Source: Candidatus Shapirobacteria bacterium
GTDB lineage: Bacteria > Patescibacteriota > Microgenomatia > UBA12405
Direction of reading: 5' to 3'
Assembly: GCA_028704885.1 (NCBI GenBank)
Contig: JAQWEN010000001.1
Span: 523,107 to 587,106, forward strand
DNA length: 64,000 nt
Of the stretch, positions 10,859 to 20,665 are shown piece by piece. The first letter of the stretch is position 1. Each line of letters starts with the position of its first letter. The notes beneath the pieces were generated by a model. That model was given only the letters and a program-made list of their open reading frames with translations. It was not told the DNA's origin and did not search any database. A program made the position numbers and the translations under genes.

Positions 10859-11254
10859 TTACAATATGCCTTGACGTTTCCATACTAAAAACTTAAGAGG
10901 ATTAGATTTTTCTCTGATATTTGGTTTATCAATTTCTTCAATAATTTTAGGATCAAAAAGAAAACTCCCGATTGGGATAAGATTGACTCTAATAAAATTT
11001 GAAATTGGATAATTGATTTCTTTATTTAAAATTAATGGTGATTCTAATCTATCAAGACGTCGATGTAATTCATTATGATCTCTAATTAATGATGGGTACA
11101 AATTAGCTTTAATATTTAAATCAAAGTCTGGAGGAACTATTCCTCTTTTTTTATCTTCACGAGTGACAATATGGTGACAATTGTAATTAGGGTTATTTAA
11201 ATCAATATTATAAATTTCAAAAACTCGGGCTCTATTAATTTTATAGCATTCCAT
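10859..11254 (-). CDS. Hypothetical protein with HNH-like motif
   Basis: NCHHIV...ANLYP...DHNELH resembles an HNH beta-beta-alpha motif. Confidence 0.5.
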   Translation of the reverse strand: MECYKINRARVFEIYNIDLNNPNYNCHHIVTREDKKRGIVPPDFDLNIKANLYPSLIRDHNELHRRLDRLESPLILNKEINYPISNFIRVNLIPIGSFLFDPKIIEEIDKPNIREKSNPLKFLVWKRQGIL

Positions 11255-11363
11255 ATTTACAGATTTAACTATCTGATAATAGATCTAAAAAGTTGCCTAA
11301 TTAAAGGAATATAATTGATGTTCGATTTTTGATATAATTTAATTTGTTCTCAATAGTTTAAGC

Positions 11364-11435
11364 GGCCCTATCGTCTAATGGTTAGGACGGCAGATTCTCA
11401 TTCTGCTAATCGGAGTTCGATTCTCCGTGGGGTCA
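11364..11435 (+). tRNA. tRNA-Glu (CTC)
   Basis: Acceptor GGCCCTA/TGGGGTC, anticodon arm GCAGA-TTCTCAT-TCTGC, T loop GTTCGATT; no encoded CCA. Confidence 0.95.
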
Positions 11436-12029
11436 CAAAAGAAATCTCAGTTTAAGAAGTAGTACATCCAGGGTGTAGCTTGAGAAAAATATCCAAAAAA
11501 TAATATCAATTTGATGTTTGCGAAGTTTTTGAAGAAATTTGTTAAAAAAGGGATAAATAAAGTAAAGAAAAATGGTAGTTAAAATACCAAAAATGATCAT
11601 ATTTTGTAAATAAATATAACCATTAAGATTGAAAGGTTTGGAAGAATAATCCCAAAATTTGTTATAACCGTAAAACAATACGATAAAAGCAGCACAAAGA
11701 TATTCGACTGAACTTGAAACCAAAGTACACAAAATAAAAACAGAAAAGACGTTTAATTTGTATTTTTTAACTAAAGGAATAACTAAAACAATAATTGCAA
11801 CAACACCAAGTCCATAAGGCGGGGCTAACGGCATAATAGTGGGTGTAATTGGGTACCAGCCCGAGGGAAGTATATAAATCCAAATTAGCTCTAAAAAATG
11901 ACCCACTATTGAAAAAACCCAAAAATAAATAAACATCTTTTGAAAAAAAAGAAAAAAATGTTTTAAAAAAGTTATCTGCAAATCAATTTCGCCCGTATCA
12001 CCACTTAGAACCCGATATCGGAAGTTCAT
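11433..12029 (-). CDS. Putative ABC-transporter permease family membrane protein (DUF1113/CmpB-like)
   Basis: FSIVGHFLE, PPYGLG, SVEY, FWDYSSKPFNLNGYI motifs; ATG 12029 preferred as start. Confidence 0.75.
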   Translation of the reverse strand: MNFRYRVLSGDTGEIDLQITFLKHFFLFFQKMFIYFWVFSIVGHFLELIWIYILPSGWYPITPTIMPLAPPYGLGVVAIIVLVIPLVKKYKLNVFSVFILCTLVSSSVEYLCAAFIVLFYGYNKFWDYSSKPFNLNGYIYLQNMIIFGILTTIFLYFIYPFFNKFLQKLRKHQIDIIFWIFFSSYTLDVLLLKLRFLL

Positions 12030-12117
12030 ATCTATATTATATGCTAACAATAAGTTGCTGTTTGGCTTTGTGATGTAAAAAGTTTTGGTATTTTTAAAAA
12101 AAATGTTATTCTAGATC

Positions 12118-12771
12118 ATGAAAAAAATAAACAAAAAAGAAACTGTTAAAGTCGCAGAAAAAAATATAGAAAAAGTTGTTAGCAAAAAATCTATAAAAAA
12201 ATCTAAAAAGGTAGCGATCCATTCAATTGCTTTTTTGATTTTATTAGCTTTAGTTGGTGGTTGTTTTTATAAATTTGGAATTGCAGCAACTGTTAATGGA
12301 AAACCAATTTATCGATGGTCTTATATCAAGGAATTACAAAAAAGCGATAAGAAGTCTGTTTTAAATCAAATGATCCAAGAGAAATTAATAAAGGAAGAGG
12401 CTAAGAATAAAAAAGTGGTTGTTGATCAAAAAGAAATAGATGCTGCTTTGACTGAAATTGAAGAACAAGTTAAAGCTCAGGGTGTAACTTTAGACGAAGC
12501 CTTGAAATCGGAAGGAATGACAAAAGATGAACTCATAAATAAAATTAGTGATCAAAAAATGGCGGAAAAAATGGCCTCTACCAATATTGAGGCTACCCAA
12601 GAGCAAATTGAGGCATTCTTAAAAGAAAATAAAAATTCCTTACCAACTGGAAAAACAAAAGAAGAACTACAAACATTAGCAAAGGAACAACTTGAGACTC
12701 AAGCCGAGAATACAGCTCTTAACACTTGGTACAACAACTTAGCAAAATCAGCCAAAATTATTTATAAATAA
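12118..12771 (+). CDS. SurA N-terminal/PrsA-like membrane-anchored chaperone
   Basis: TM anchor, AATVNGKPI, LNQMIQEKLIKEEA, C-terminal AKIIYK. Confidence 0.8.
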   Translation: MKKINKKETVKVAEKNIEKVVSKKSIKKSKKVAIHSIAFLILLALVGGCFYKFGIAATVNGKPIYRWSYIKELQKSDKKSVLNQMIQEKLIKEEAKNKKVVVDQKEIDAALTEIEEQVKAQGVTLDEALKSEGMTKDELINKISDQKMAEKMASTNIEATQEQIEAFLKENKNSLPTGKTKEELQTLAKEQLETQAENTALNTWYNNLAKSAKIIYK

Positions 12772-12955
12772 TTTTAGTCTGGTTTATATTTACCTGAATT
12801 ATTCTTACGGCGATTAGTTTTAATGGAAAATTCATTTTTACAAGTCGGATCACAGGATTATTATATTGACTATAAATAGTATAGCTCGGAGAACAGGTAT
12901 ATTGTAATGGAATTAGGATTGGAGTAATACGTCTAGTATTAGAAGTAGAAACTAC

Positions 12956-13426
12956 TTATTTGATTGCTACTAATTCGACTTCAAAAATAAGAGTGGCCTT
13001 AGCTGGAATTGGACCGTAACCATTTTCACCATAGGCCAACTGATAAGGAATCGTTAATTTTCTTTTTCCGCCGACTTTCATACCAACAACACCTTTGTCC
13101 CAACCTTCGATAACTTGACCAACACCAATTTGGGTTTCAAAAGGTTCATTTCGATCGTAAGAACTGTCAAATTTAGTGCCATCTTCAAGAGTGCCAACAT
13201 AATTTATAGAAACAGTGTCGCCAGATTTAACAGCACTGCCAGTGCCGACTTTAGTATCTTCAATTATTAATTCAGTGACTTTGGATGGAGCGAGAGTAGG
13301 CATAGTTGTTTTAGTTGAATCAGAAATTTTTGTTTCTGTTTGACTAGGATTTTTGGTTAAAAAATAAAGGACTAAAATAAAAACAAAAATAATTAAGACA
13401 GTAATTATTTTATTATTTTTAGACAT
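12956..13426 (-). CDS. FKBP-type peptidyl-prolyl isomerase
   Basis: [38 protein letters not shown]; N-terminal TM segment. Confidence 0.95.
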   Translation of the reverse strand: MSKNNKIITVLIIFVFILVLYFLTKNPSQTETKISDSTKTTMPTLAPSKVTELIIEDTKVGTGSAVKSGDTVSINYVGTLEDGTKFDSSYDRNEPFETQIGVGQVIEGWDKGVVGMKVGGKRKLTIPYQLAYGENGYGPIPAKATLIFEVELVAIK

Positions 13427-13446
13427 GATTTATTATAGAACAAACT

Positions 13447-14646
13447 TTAGATTTGAAATTTACCAGATTTATAGAGAATGACTTCTTTTCCATTTTTTAG
13501 AGTCGCTGTGACGATGCGGTCGATGGTGGCAATAATATCAGTATGAACAGCCGAATCATTAAAACCAAAATCATCCCAATCTTTAGGTGTTAATTTTTTA
13601 ATATTTTTTGAATAAGTGTCTTTGTAAGCCGAGCCGAGGGCCAGATGAGTATTGCCAAATTCACCGCCAAAATTTTCATCAAATAAAGTTTCGGCCATAA
13701 ATTTATTGATTTTTGAAAAGCGTTTATCGGTTAAGGAGAACTCCCCTATTTTGTCGGAATTAGTAACTTTAATTAATTGTTTTAAAAATTTTTCACCATA
13801 ACCAGCTTCCGCGTTAACAACTAAACCATCTTTAAAAGTTAATTTAATATTTTTTATTAAATTGCCTTGGCGATAAAGCGGTTGATCAAAAAAAATGTAA
13901 CCATTGGTTCCCCGCCAATCGGGTGAAGTGAAAATTTCGAAACTGGGAATATTGCGACCACCGCCACCAAGCCATTGGCGATTTTCGCCAATAGTAATGT
14001 TTAAATCAGTATCTTTAGCTTTAATATTAACGCTAACTATTTCTAGTTTATTTAATTTTTTCCTGATTAAATTAGATTTATTTTGGACTCGGCGCCATTT
14101 GGCGACTGGATTTTGATAATTTAGGAAACAAGCTTTAATAATTTGCTGCCAGGCTTCTTTGAGAGTTAAATTAGCTTCTTTAGCCATGGCGGGAGTGGCA
14201 AAAAGACCAATAGTCCAGGTTAATTTGCCTTTATTTTCCTTGGCGTCACGCCAATCTTTATATGGTTTGAAAACCATATTTCGCTCCATAATTTTCTGAG
14301 GATCGATACCCTCTAATTCGTGATAATTTGTTTCGGCTAAGACCATTAAAAAATGATCAGCCTGTTTAACTCGGCCTTTTAAAAAGGTAGCTGGAAAAAA
14401 TTTTAATTGATCGTCAGAAGCTAATTCAAAAAATTCACGAGACATTTCGTCGGGTAAATATTGAATGATGGCATGAGCGCCGCTTTTTAAAACTGATCGT
14501 TGGAGTGAAGCCAAGAGTGGTTTGGCCGACTCGGGAACCTGAAGAAAAACGACTTCGCCTTTTTTAACACCTTGGCCACTATTTAGGGCAAAATTTACTA
14601 AAACATCGGCATACTTATCTAATATTTTTTGAGAAGGCTGATACAT
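13447..14646 (-). CDS. Aminopeptidase, M29 (AmpS/PepS) family
   Basis: NIPSFEIFTSP, GEFSL, LFDEN, HLALGSAY, NDSAVHTD. Confidence 0.9.
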   Translation of the reverse strand: MYQPSQKILDKYADVLVNFALNSGQGVKKGEVVFLQVPESAKPLLASLQRSVLKSGAHAIIQYLPDEMSREFFELASDDQLKFFPATFLKGRVKQADHFLMVLAETNYHELEGIDPQKIMERNMVFKPYKDWRDAKENKGKLTWTIGLFATPAMAKEANLTLKEAWQQIIKACFLNYQNPVAKWRRVQNKSNLIRKKLNKLEIVSVNIKAKDTDLNITIGENRQWLGGGGRNIPSFEIFTSPDWRGTNGYIFFDQPLYRQGNLIKNIKLTFKDGLVVNAEAGYGEKFLKQLIKVTNSDKIGEFSLTDKRFSKINKFMAETLFDENFGGEFGNTHLALGSAYKDTYSKNIKKLTPKDWDDFGFNDSAVHTDIIATIDRIVTATLKNGKEVILYKSGKFQI

Positions 14647-14659
14647 TATTAATGAATAA

Positions 14660-16021
14660 TTAAGAATTAATAATTTTTAAAACCTCATCACGTTTTTGAG
14701 CCATAAGTTCTTCGGTGTTGGCTTCGAGATTAAGACGAAGAAGAGGTTCAGTATTTGAAGAACGAATATTAAAACGCCAATCGCCCATTTCAAAGGTCAT
14801 TCCATCCATTCTTTCGACCGGAGAAATTGCTTTAGCAGTATAAGTTTCTTCAATTTTTGATAAAACAGAGGGAACATCGGCAACTTTAGAATTTACTTCA
14901 CCGGAAATATGATATTTAGCCAACATCTCGTCAACGATTACTTCTAATGCTTTATCGCTTTTTGATAAAAAGTCGAGAAGATAGGCAAATGTGACTAGGC
15001 CGGTATCACATAAAAAGAATTCTTTGAAATAATAATGACCAGAAACTTCACCACCAAAATAGGCATTTTCAGCTTTCATTCTGGCTTTGATGTGAGTATG
15101 ACCAACGCGATTTGCAAGAGCTTTGCCACCACAAGCGGCGATAGTTTCGGGGACAACTTTTGAAGCACGAATATCGTAGACAATACTACAACCAGGATAT
15201 TTTTTAACAAAGTATTCAGACAAAATGGCGGTCATAAAATCACCTGGAACAAATCGACCTTTTTTATCAATCACAAAGAAACGATCACCATCGGGATCGA
15301 ACATAATACCTAAATCACTACCTTCAGCAGGAACTCTTTGTTGAATTTCTACCCTATTTTCGGCTAATAATGGATCACCGCCATGATTTGGAAAATTACC
15401 GTCAATTTCCCAAAACATAGGAATAAGTTCAACTGTTGGAAGCTTATCGTCAATTAATTTCAAAAATGGACCAACCATACCATTGGCAGTATCGGCGTGA
15501 ATTTTGAAATTTTTTAAATTGGCAACATCGATAAGAGATAAAACATAATCAACAAATTCTTGTCGAAGATTTTGAGTTTCTATTGTTCCTTGAATAGCCG
15601 CATCAGCAGGTAAATCGTCGGCTAAAATATATTCTTTTATTTCTTTAATACCAGCCTCACCAGATAATAATTCGGGAATTTTTTTAACCATTTTAAAACC
15701 GGTATATTCTTTAGGGTTATGGCTGGCAGTAACAGAAATCCCAGGAAGATCGTATTTTTGACAGGCATAATAGAACATGTCGGTTGAAGCCATATCAACA
15801 TCAATTACATTGACTCCAACTTTAGTTAAACCAGAGATTAAAGCATTTTTCATTGATTCACCAGAAACACGACCATCCCGAGCAATAACAACTTTTTTAG
15901 GAAAATTTAAATATTTAGCAAAGCCGCGACCGATTTTTTCAGCTAATTCTTCGTTGGCTTGAGTGGGGTAAACGGCACGAATGTCGTAAGATTTAAAAAT
16001 GGAAGTGTCTAGATTGATCAT
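14660..16021 (-). CDS. Phosphomannomutase/phosphoglucomutase
   Basis: FKSYDIR, TASHNP, FDPDGDR, GEVSGH, RSSNTEP. Confidence 0.95.
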   Translation of the reverse strand: MINLDTSIFKSYDIRAVYPTQANEELAEKIGRGFAKYLNFPKKVVIARDGRVSGESMKNALISGLTKVGVNVIDVDMASTDMFYYACQKYDLPGISVTASHNPKEYTGFKMVKKIPELLSGEAGIKEIKEYILADDLPADAAIQGTIETQNLRQEFVDYVLSLIDVANLKNFKIHADTANGMVGPFLKLIDDKLPTVELIPMFWEIDGNFPNHGGDPLLAENRVEIQQRVPAEGSDLGIMFDPDGDRFFVIDKKGRFVPGDFMTAILSEYFVKKYPGCSIVYDIRASKVVPETIAACGGKALANRVGHTHIKARMKAENAYFGGEVSGHYYFKEFFLCDTGLVTFAYLLDFLSKSDKALEVIVDEMLAKYHISGEVNSKVADVPSVLSKIEETYTAKAISPVERMDGMTFEMGDWRFNIRSSNTEPLLRLNLEANTEELMAQKRDEVLKIINS

Positions 16022-16112
16022 AATTTAATTAAGAATTAAAAATTAATAATTAATAGCAAACTGGGTAAGCTAAGAATAACACATTTAAGACTGTTTTTTG
16101 ATAAAATTGGGC

Positions 16113-16448
16113 ATGGATCAAATTAAATATGATGATTTTGCCAAAATAGAATTTAAAATTGGTGAAATTAAAGAAGCAGTTGAGGTTGAAGGCTCAGAAA
16201 AACTGTTAAGATTGCAGGTTGATTTTGGTGAAGAAAAACTAAGAAATATATTTTCCGGAATTAAAAAATGGTATTCCCCGGCTGATTTAATTGGCAAAAA
16301 GACGGTTTTCGTAACTAATATTATTCCAAGAAAAATTATGGGTGAGTTGTCCGAAGCAATGATATTCGGGGCCGAAGATGAATCTAGTGAAAATATGAGT
16401 GTTTTATTTTTGGATAAAGATTTACCAGTTGGTTCAAAAGTTTTTTAA
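16113..16448 (+). CDS. tRNA-binding OB-fold protein (CsaA/MetRS C-terminal-like)
   Basis: DDFAKIEFKIG, SEKLLRLQVDFG, SGIK, PRKIMGELSEAM. Confidence 0.88.
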   Translation: MDQIKYDDFAKIEFKIGEIKEAVEVEGSEKLLRLQVDFGEEKLRNIFSGIKKWYSPADLIGKKTVFVTNIIPRKIMGELSEAMIFGAEDESSENMSVLFLDKDLPVGSKVF

Positions 16449-16449
16449 T

Positions 16450-18165
16450 ATGAAAATTGTAGAAGATTTAAAAAAAATAATTATTGATGCTGGTAAAAAA
16501 TTAGATTTACAAATAGTTGAATCGGATATAAAAATTGAACATCCGGCAGCTGTAAATTTTGGCGATTATTCGACAAATATTGCCATGATTTTGGCTAAAA
16601 AAGATAAAATTAATCCAAGAGAACTGGCCAATTCAGTTTGTCAGTCTATCAGACTGTCAAATAATCAGTTATTGGAAAAAGTGGAAGTGGCAGGGGCGGG
16701 ATTTATTAATTTTTATTTAAAGCCGGAATTTTTAATTAAAGAAGCGGAAGAAATTAATTATGAAATTGAGTTTAGAAATAAATTAAGTGAAAATGGAAAT
16801 GGGAAAATAATGGTGATTGATTATTCGGCTCCAAACATTGCTAAACCGTTTGGAATTGGACATTTAAGATCGACCGATATTGGTCAAGCTATTTATAATA
16901 TCTATAAAATTTTAGGTTGGAATTGTATTGGTGATAATCATATCGGCGACTGGGGAACTCAATATGGAAAATTAGTGGCAGCTATAAAAAAATGGAATGA
17001 AAAAGATTTGGATGAATTGACAATTGAAGACTTGGAAAAACTATATGTCAAATTTCATAAAGAAGCGGAAACTGATGAAAAATTAATTGATGAAGGCCGA
17101 GAGTGGTTTGCAAAATTAGAAAAGGGAGATTCAGAGGCGAGAAAGATTTGGCAAAAATGTATTGATATTTCTTTAATTGAATTTGAAAAAGTTTATGAAC
17201 TTCTAGGAGTGCATATCGACTTTATTCATGGGGAATCTTTTTATGAAGATAAATTAGAAGAAGTAACTAAAGAAATTATTAAAAAAGGAATTACTAAAAA
17301 AAGTGAGGGAGCAGTGATTGTGGAATTTGAAAAGATGCCACCGGCAATGCTGCAAAAATCAAATGGAACAACTACTTATTTTACCCGTGATATGGCGACA
17401 ATTAAATATCGATTGGAAAATTGGAACCCAAATTTAATAATTTATGAAGTTGGAGTTGACCAGGAATTACATTTTAGACAGGTGTTTGAAACAGCTAAAT
17501 TAATGGGCTGGATGCCAGATCAAGGAATGATTCATATTGCTCATGGTTTAATTCGATGGACAACTGGAAAATTTTCGACCAGAAAAGGCGATACGATTCA
17601 TCTGTCCGAAGTAATTGATAAAGCGATGGAAAAGGCTAGTGAAATTGCTAATAAAAGTGTGGTGGATAAAAACTTAACCGCTACTGAAAAAGAAGAAATG
17701 ATTAAAGCAGTGGCTATCGGAGCTATTAAATTTAATGATTTGGCCAGTGATCCAAGAAAAGATGTAATTTTTGATTGGGATCAAATTATGAGTTTGGATG
17801 GAGATTCAGGCCCGTATCTGCAATACACCTATGCTAGATGCAAAAGTGTTTTAAACAAAAGTAAAGATAAAGAACAAAAAAATATTAGCGAGGTTCCCCA
17901 AAATATTAATAATGATGAAATGGCCTTACTTAAGGAATTTTATAAATTTGAAGAAAAAATTATAGAAGCGTCGCAACGTTACTCCCCGGCCGTAATTGCA
18001 GAATATTTACTCTCCGTCGCCAGAAAATATAATGAATTTTATGCCAAAAATAGAATAATTGATCAAAAAGAAGAAAATTTCAGAATCTTTTTAACCAGAA
18101 CCACAGCTAGTGTGATTGATACTGGATTGAACTTATTGGGAATCGAAACGATTGAAAAAATGTAA
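16450..18165 (+). CDS. argS: Arginine--tRNA ligase
   Basis: FGDYSTN, DYSAPNIAKPFGIGHLRS, GDWGTQYG, KFSTRKG, GPYLQY; ATG 16450. Confidence 0.97.
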   Translation: MKIVEDLKKIIIDAGKKLDLQIVESDIKIEHPAAVNFGDYSTNIAMILAKKDKINPRELANSVCQSIRLSNNQLLEKVEVAGAGFINFYLKPEFLIKEAEEINYEIEFRNKLSENGNGKIMVIDYSAPNIAKPFGIGHLRSTDIGQAIYNIYKILGWNCIGDNHIGDWGTQYGKLVAAIKKWNEKDLDELTIEDLEKLYVKFHKEAETDEKLIDEGREWFAKLEKGDSEARKIWQKCIDISLIEFEKVYELLGVHIDFIHGESFYEDKLEEVTKEIIKKGITKKSEGAVIVEFEKMPPAMLQKSNGTTTYFTRDMATIKYRLENWNPNLIIYEVGVDQELHFRQVFETAKLMGWMPDQGMIHIAHGLIRWTTGKFSTRKGDTIHLSEVIDKAMEKASEIANKSVVDKNLTATEKEEMIKAVAIGAIKFNDLASDPRKDVIFDWDQIMSLDGDSGPYLQYTYARCKSVLNKSKDKEQKNISEVPQNINNDEMALLKEFYKFEEKIIEASQRYSPAVIAEYLLSVARKYNEFYAKNRIIDQKEENFRIFLTRTTASVIDTGLNLLGIETIEKM

Positions 18166-18166
18166 T

Positions 18167-20545
18167 TTAACTAAAAATCTTTTTATAGATTTCGAGATAA
18201 TGAGAAACGGGAATAAATTTAGTGGTTTTTTTAACTTCTTTAGGAATATTGATTAAAGTTTTTTCATTATCTTTAGGAATAAAAATGGTTTTTAAACCAG
18301 CTCGGTGAGCAGCAATGGATTTTTCTTTCAAACCGCCAATTTCTAAAATATTTCCCCGTAAAGTTATTTCCCCGGTCATACCGATATCTCGAGGAACAGC
18401 AACCTGTTTGAGAGCTGAAATGAGGGCGGTGGTAATGGCACCACCGGCTGATGGACCATCTTTTGGAGTAGCACCTTCAGGAACATGAATATGAATATCT
18501 ATTCTATGAAAATCTTGCTTAATACCAAATTCTTTGGCTTGACTGCGGATATAAGAAAGAGCGGCTTGGCAGGATTCTTTCATAACTGAACCAAGTTTAC
18601 CAGTCAAAATTAATTGACCTTTACCTGGCATGACATTAACTTCGATAAATAAAATTTCACCACCGACTGAAGTCCAAGCTAAACCAGTAGATAAACCAAT
18701 TTCATCTTTTTTACCTTTTAAAGTTGAAGTAAATTTGGCTGGGCCTAAAAACTTTTTAATAATAATTTGGTCGTTTAAATCAACACAATCGACATGATTA
18801 ACTATAATTTTTTTAGCAACTTTTCTGAAAAGACTAGCAAAAGTTCTTTCAAGTCCACGAACACCGGCTTCACGAGTATATTTATCAATAATATATTTAA
18901 TAGTATCGTCTTTTATTTCAGTAATATTATTTTCTTTTAAACCATTAGCTTTAAGCTCTTTTTTGATTAAATAATTTTTAGCGATGTGGAATTTTTCTTC
19001 TTGGGTATAACCGGAAAAATCAATAATTTCCAAACGATCACGAAGAGGACCAGGAACGGTTGATAAATCATTGCCGGTTAAAATAAAAAATACTTTTGAT
19101 AAATCTAAAGGAAAATCAAGGTAATGATCGGCAAATTCACGATTTTGTTCTGGATCGAGAGTTTCCAAAAGAGCGGCTGAAGGATCGCCGCGATAATCAG
19201 CTCCAATTTTATCGATTTCATCGAGCATAAAAACTGGATTCATTGATTTGGCATCTTTGAGACCCTTAACTATACGACCAGGCATAGCACCGACATAAGT
19301 GCGGCGATGACCACGGATTTCAGCTTCATCACGAATTCCACCAAGAGAAGCGCGAACAAAACTTTTACCCATAGCTCTGGCAATAGATTTACCAAGAGAA
19401 GTCTTACCAACACCCGGAGGGCCAATAAAACATAAAATATTAGCAGTTTGAGAAATTTCTTCGCCTTTCTTTTTGTTTTTATTTTTAAGGTTTAAAACAG
19501 CGAGATATTCGAGAATTCTTTCTTTAACATCTTTAATTCCATAATGATCTTGATCAAGAATTTTTTGAGCTTTAGTTAAGGAAATATTCGATTTGGAATA
19601 TTTACCCCAAGGCAACTCAACCACCATTTCTAAATAAGTTCTTATATAACTAGATTCTGGAGCCATGGAACCCATTTCCATGAGACGCTCTAATTCTTTG
19701 ACTAGTTTTTTTCTAATTTCTGGAGGAATATTTTTGTTTTTGATTTTCTTTTCCAGATCGGAAAATTCACCACCACTAGATTCACCAAGACGTTTTAATT
19801 CTTTTTCGATTTGACGTTTTCTTTCTTCTAAAACATTTCTTTTAACGCCGGTGTTAAATTTTTCCTGGGTTTTTTCTTCAATGGATCTTTCGAGTTCAGC
19901 TACTTTCATTTCCTGAATCAAATATTCAGTAGCAGCTTTTAATCTTTGACTGACAATTAAAGTTTCCAAAAGAACTTGTTTTTCGGGTATTTTGGCTTCA
20001 ATTGAAAAACAAACCTGATCAGCTAAATCACTACTGGAAACACCAGTAGAAAGCTGCATCATGGCGGGTAAATCAAATTGGCGACCCATGGCAAAAGCTT
20101 TTTTTAATTGGCTTAAAAGAGCTTCAGCGGATTGCTGAATCTCAGCCACTGGTTCAGGAACGACAGGAAGGTCGACATACTCAACCATAAAAAACGGATC
20201 TGTTTGAGTTAAATTTAAAATATTGACGCGAGAAATACCTTTAACGATAGCATGAAGACTACCATCGGTTTGAAGAATATGTTCAATTTTAGCCAAAACA
20301 CCAACAGTATAAAGATCTTTATATTCCGGCTTTTCAATACGAGAATTTTGTTGGGTAGCAATAATGACTAATTTATTAGTGTTATCGTAGGCATGAAGAA
20401 GCGAATTCATTGATTCTTTGCGACCAAAGAATAATGAAGTTTCAACTGAAGGAAAAAGAATAATATTACGAAGAGGAATAAGAGGCAATACTTTTCGAAG
20501 AGGCTGAAGAGTTTGGACTGGATTTTGATTAATGTTGTCTGGCAT
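18167..20545 (-). CDS. lon: Lon protease
   Basis: LPLIPLRN N-domain, GPPGVGKT, HRRTYVGAMPG, PKDGPSAG, GGLKEK; ATG 20545. Confidence 0.97.
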   Translation of the reverse strand: MPDNINQNPVQTLQPLRKVLPLIPLRNIILFPSVETSLFFGRKESMNSLLHAYDNTNKLVIIATQQNSRIEKPEYKDLYTVGVLAKIEHILQTDGSLHAIVKGISRVNILNLTQTDPFFMVEYVDLPVVPEPVAEIQQSAEALLSQLKKAFAMGRQFDLPAMMQLSTGVSSSDLADQVCFSIEAKIPEKQVLLETLIVSQRLKAATEYLIQEMKVAELERSIEEKTQEKFNTGVKRNVLEERKRQIEKELKRLGESSGGEFSDLEKKIKNKNIPPEIRKKLVKELERLMEMGSMAPESSYIRTYLEMVVELPWGKYSKSNISLTKAQKILDQDHYGIKDVKERILEYLAVLNLKNKNKKKGEEISQTANILCFIGPPGVGKTSLGKSIARAMGKSFVRASLGGIRDEAEIRGHRRTYVGAMPGRIVKGLKDAKSMNPVFMLDEIDKIGADYRGDPSAALLETLDPEQNREFADHYLDFPLDLSKVFFILTGNDLSTVPGPLRDRLEIIDFSGYTQEEKFHIAKNYLIKKELKANGLKENNITEIKDDTIKYIIDKYTREAGVRGLERTFASLFRKVAKKIIVNHVDCVDLNDQIIIKKFLGPAKFTSTLKGKKDEIGLSTGLAWTSVGGEILFIEVNVMPGKGQLILTGKLGSVMKESCQAALSYIRSQAKEFGIKQDFHRIDIHIHVPEGATPKDGPSAGGAITTALISALKQVAVPRDIGMTGEITLRGNILEIGGLKEKSIAAHRAGLKTIFIPKDNEKTLINIPKEVKKTTKFIPVSHYLEIYKKIFS

Positions 20546-20665
20546 AATTAGCAGTCTAACACTTCTATTGCTAAGTGTCAATTGTTTTTAATTAGTCCTT
20601 TTATTTTACCTAGAGAATCTGAATTGGCAACAGGACAATTTGAAGTATGATAATATTCTGAATAT

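Noticed and set aside
12754-12955. 22-bp AT-only palindrome at the SurA-like stop, and an open frame continuing past the FKBP stop codon
   Set aside because: Plausible by chance at this AT content; there is no start or read-through signal and no recognisable product.
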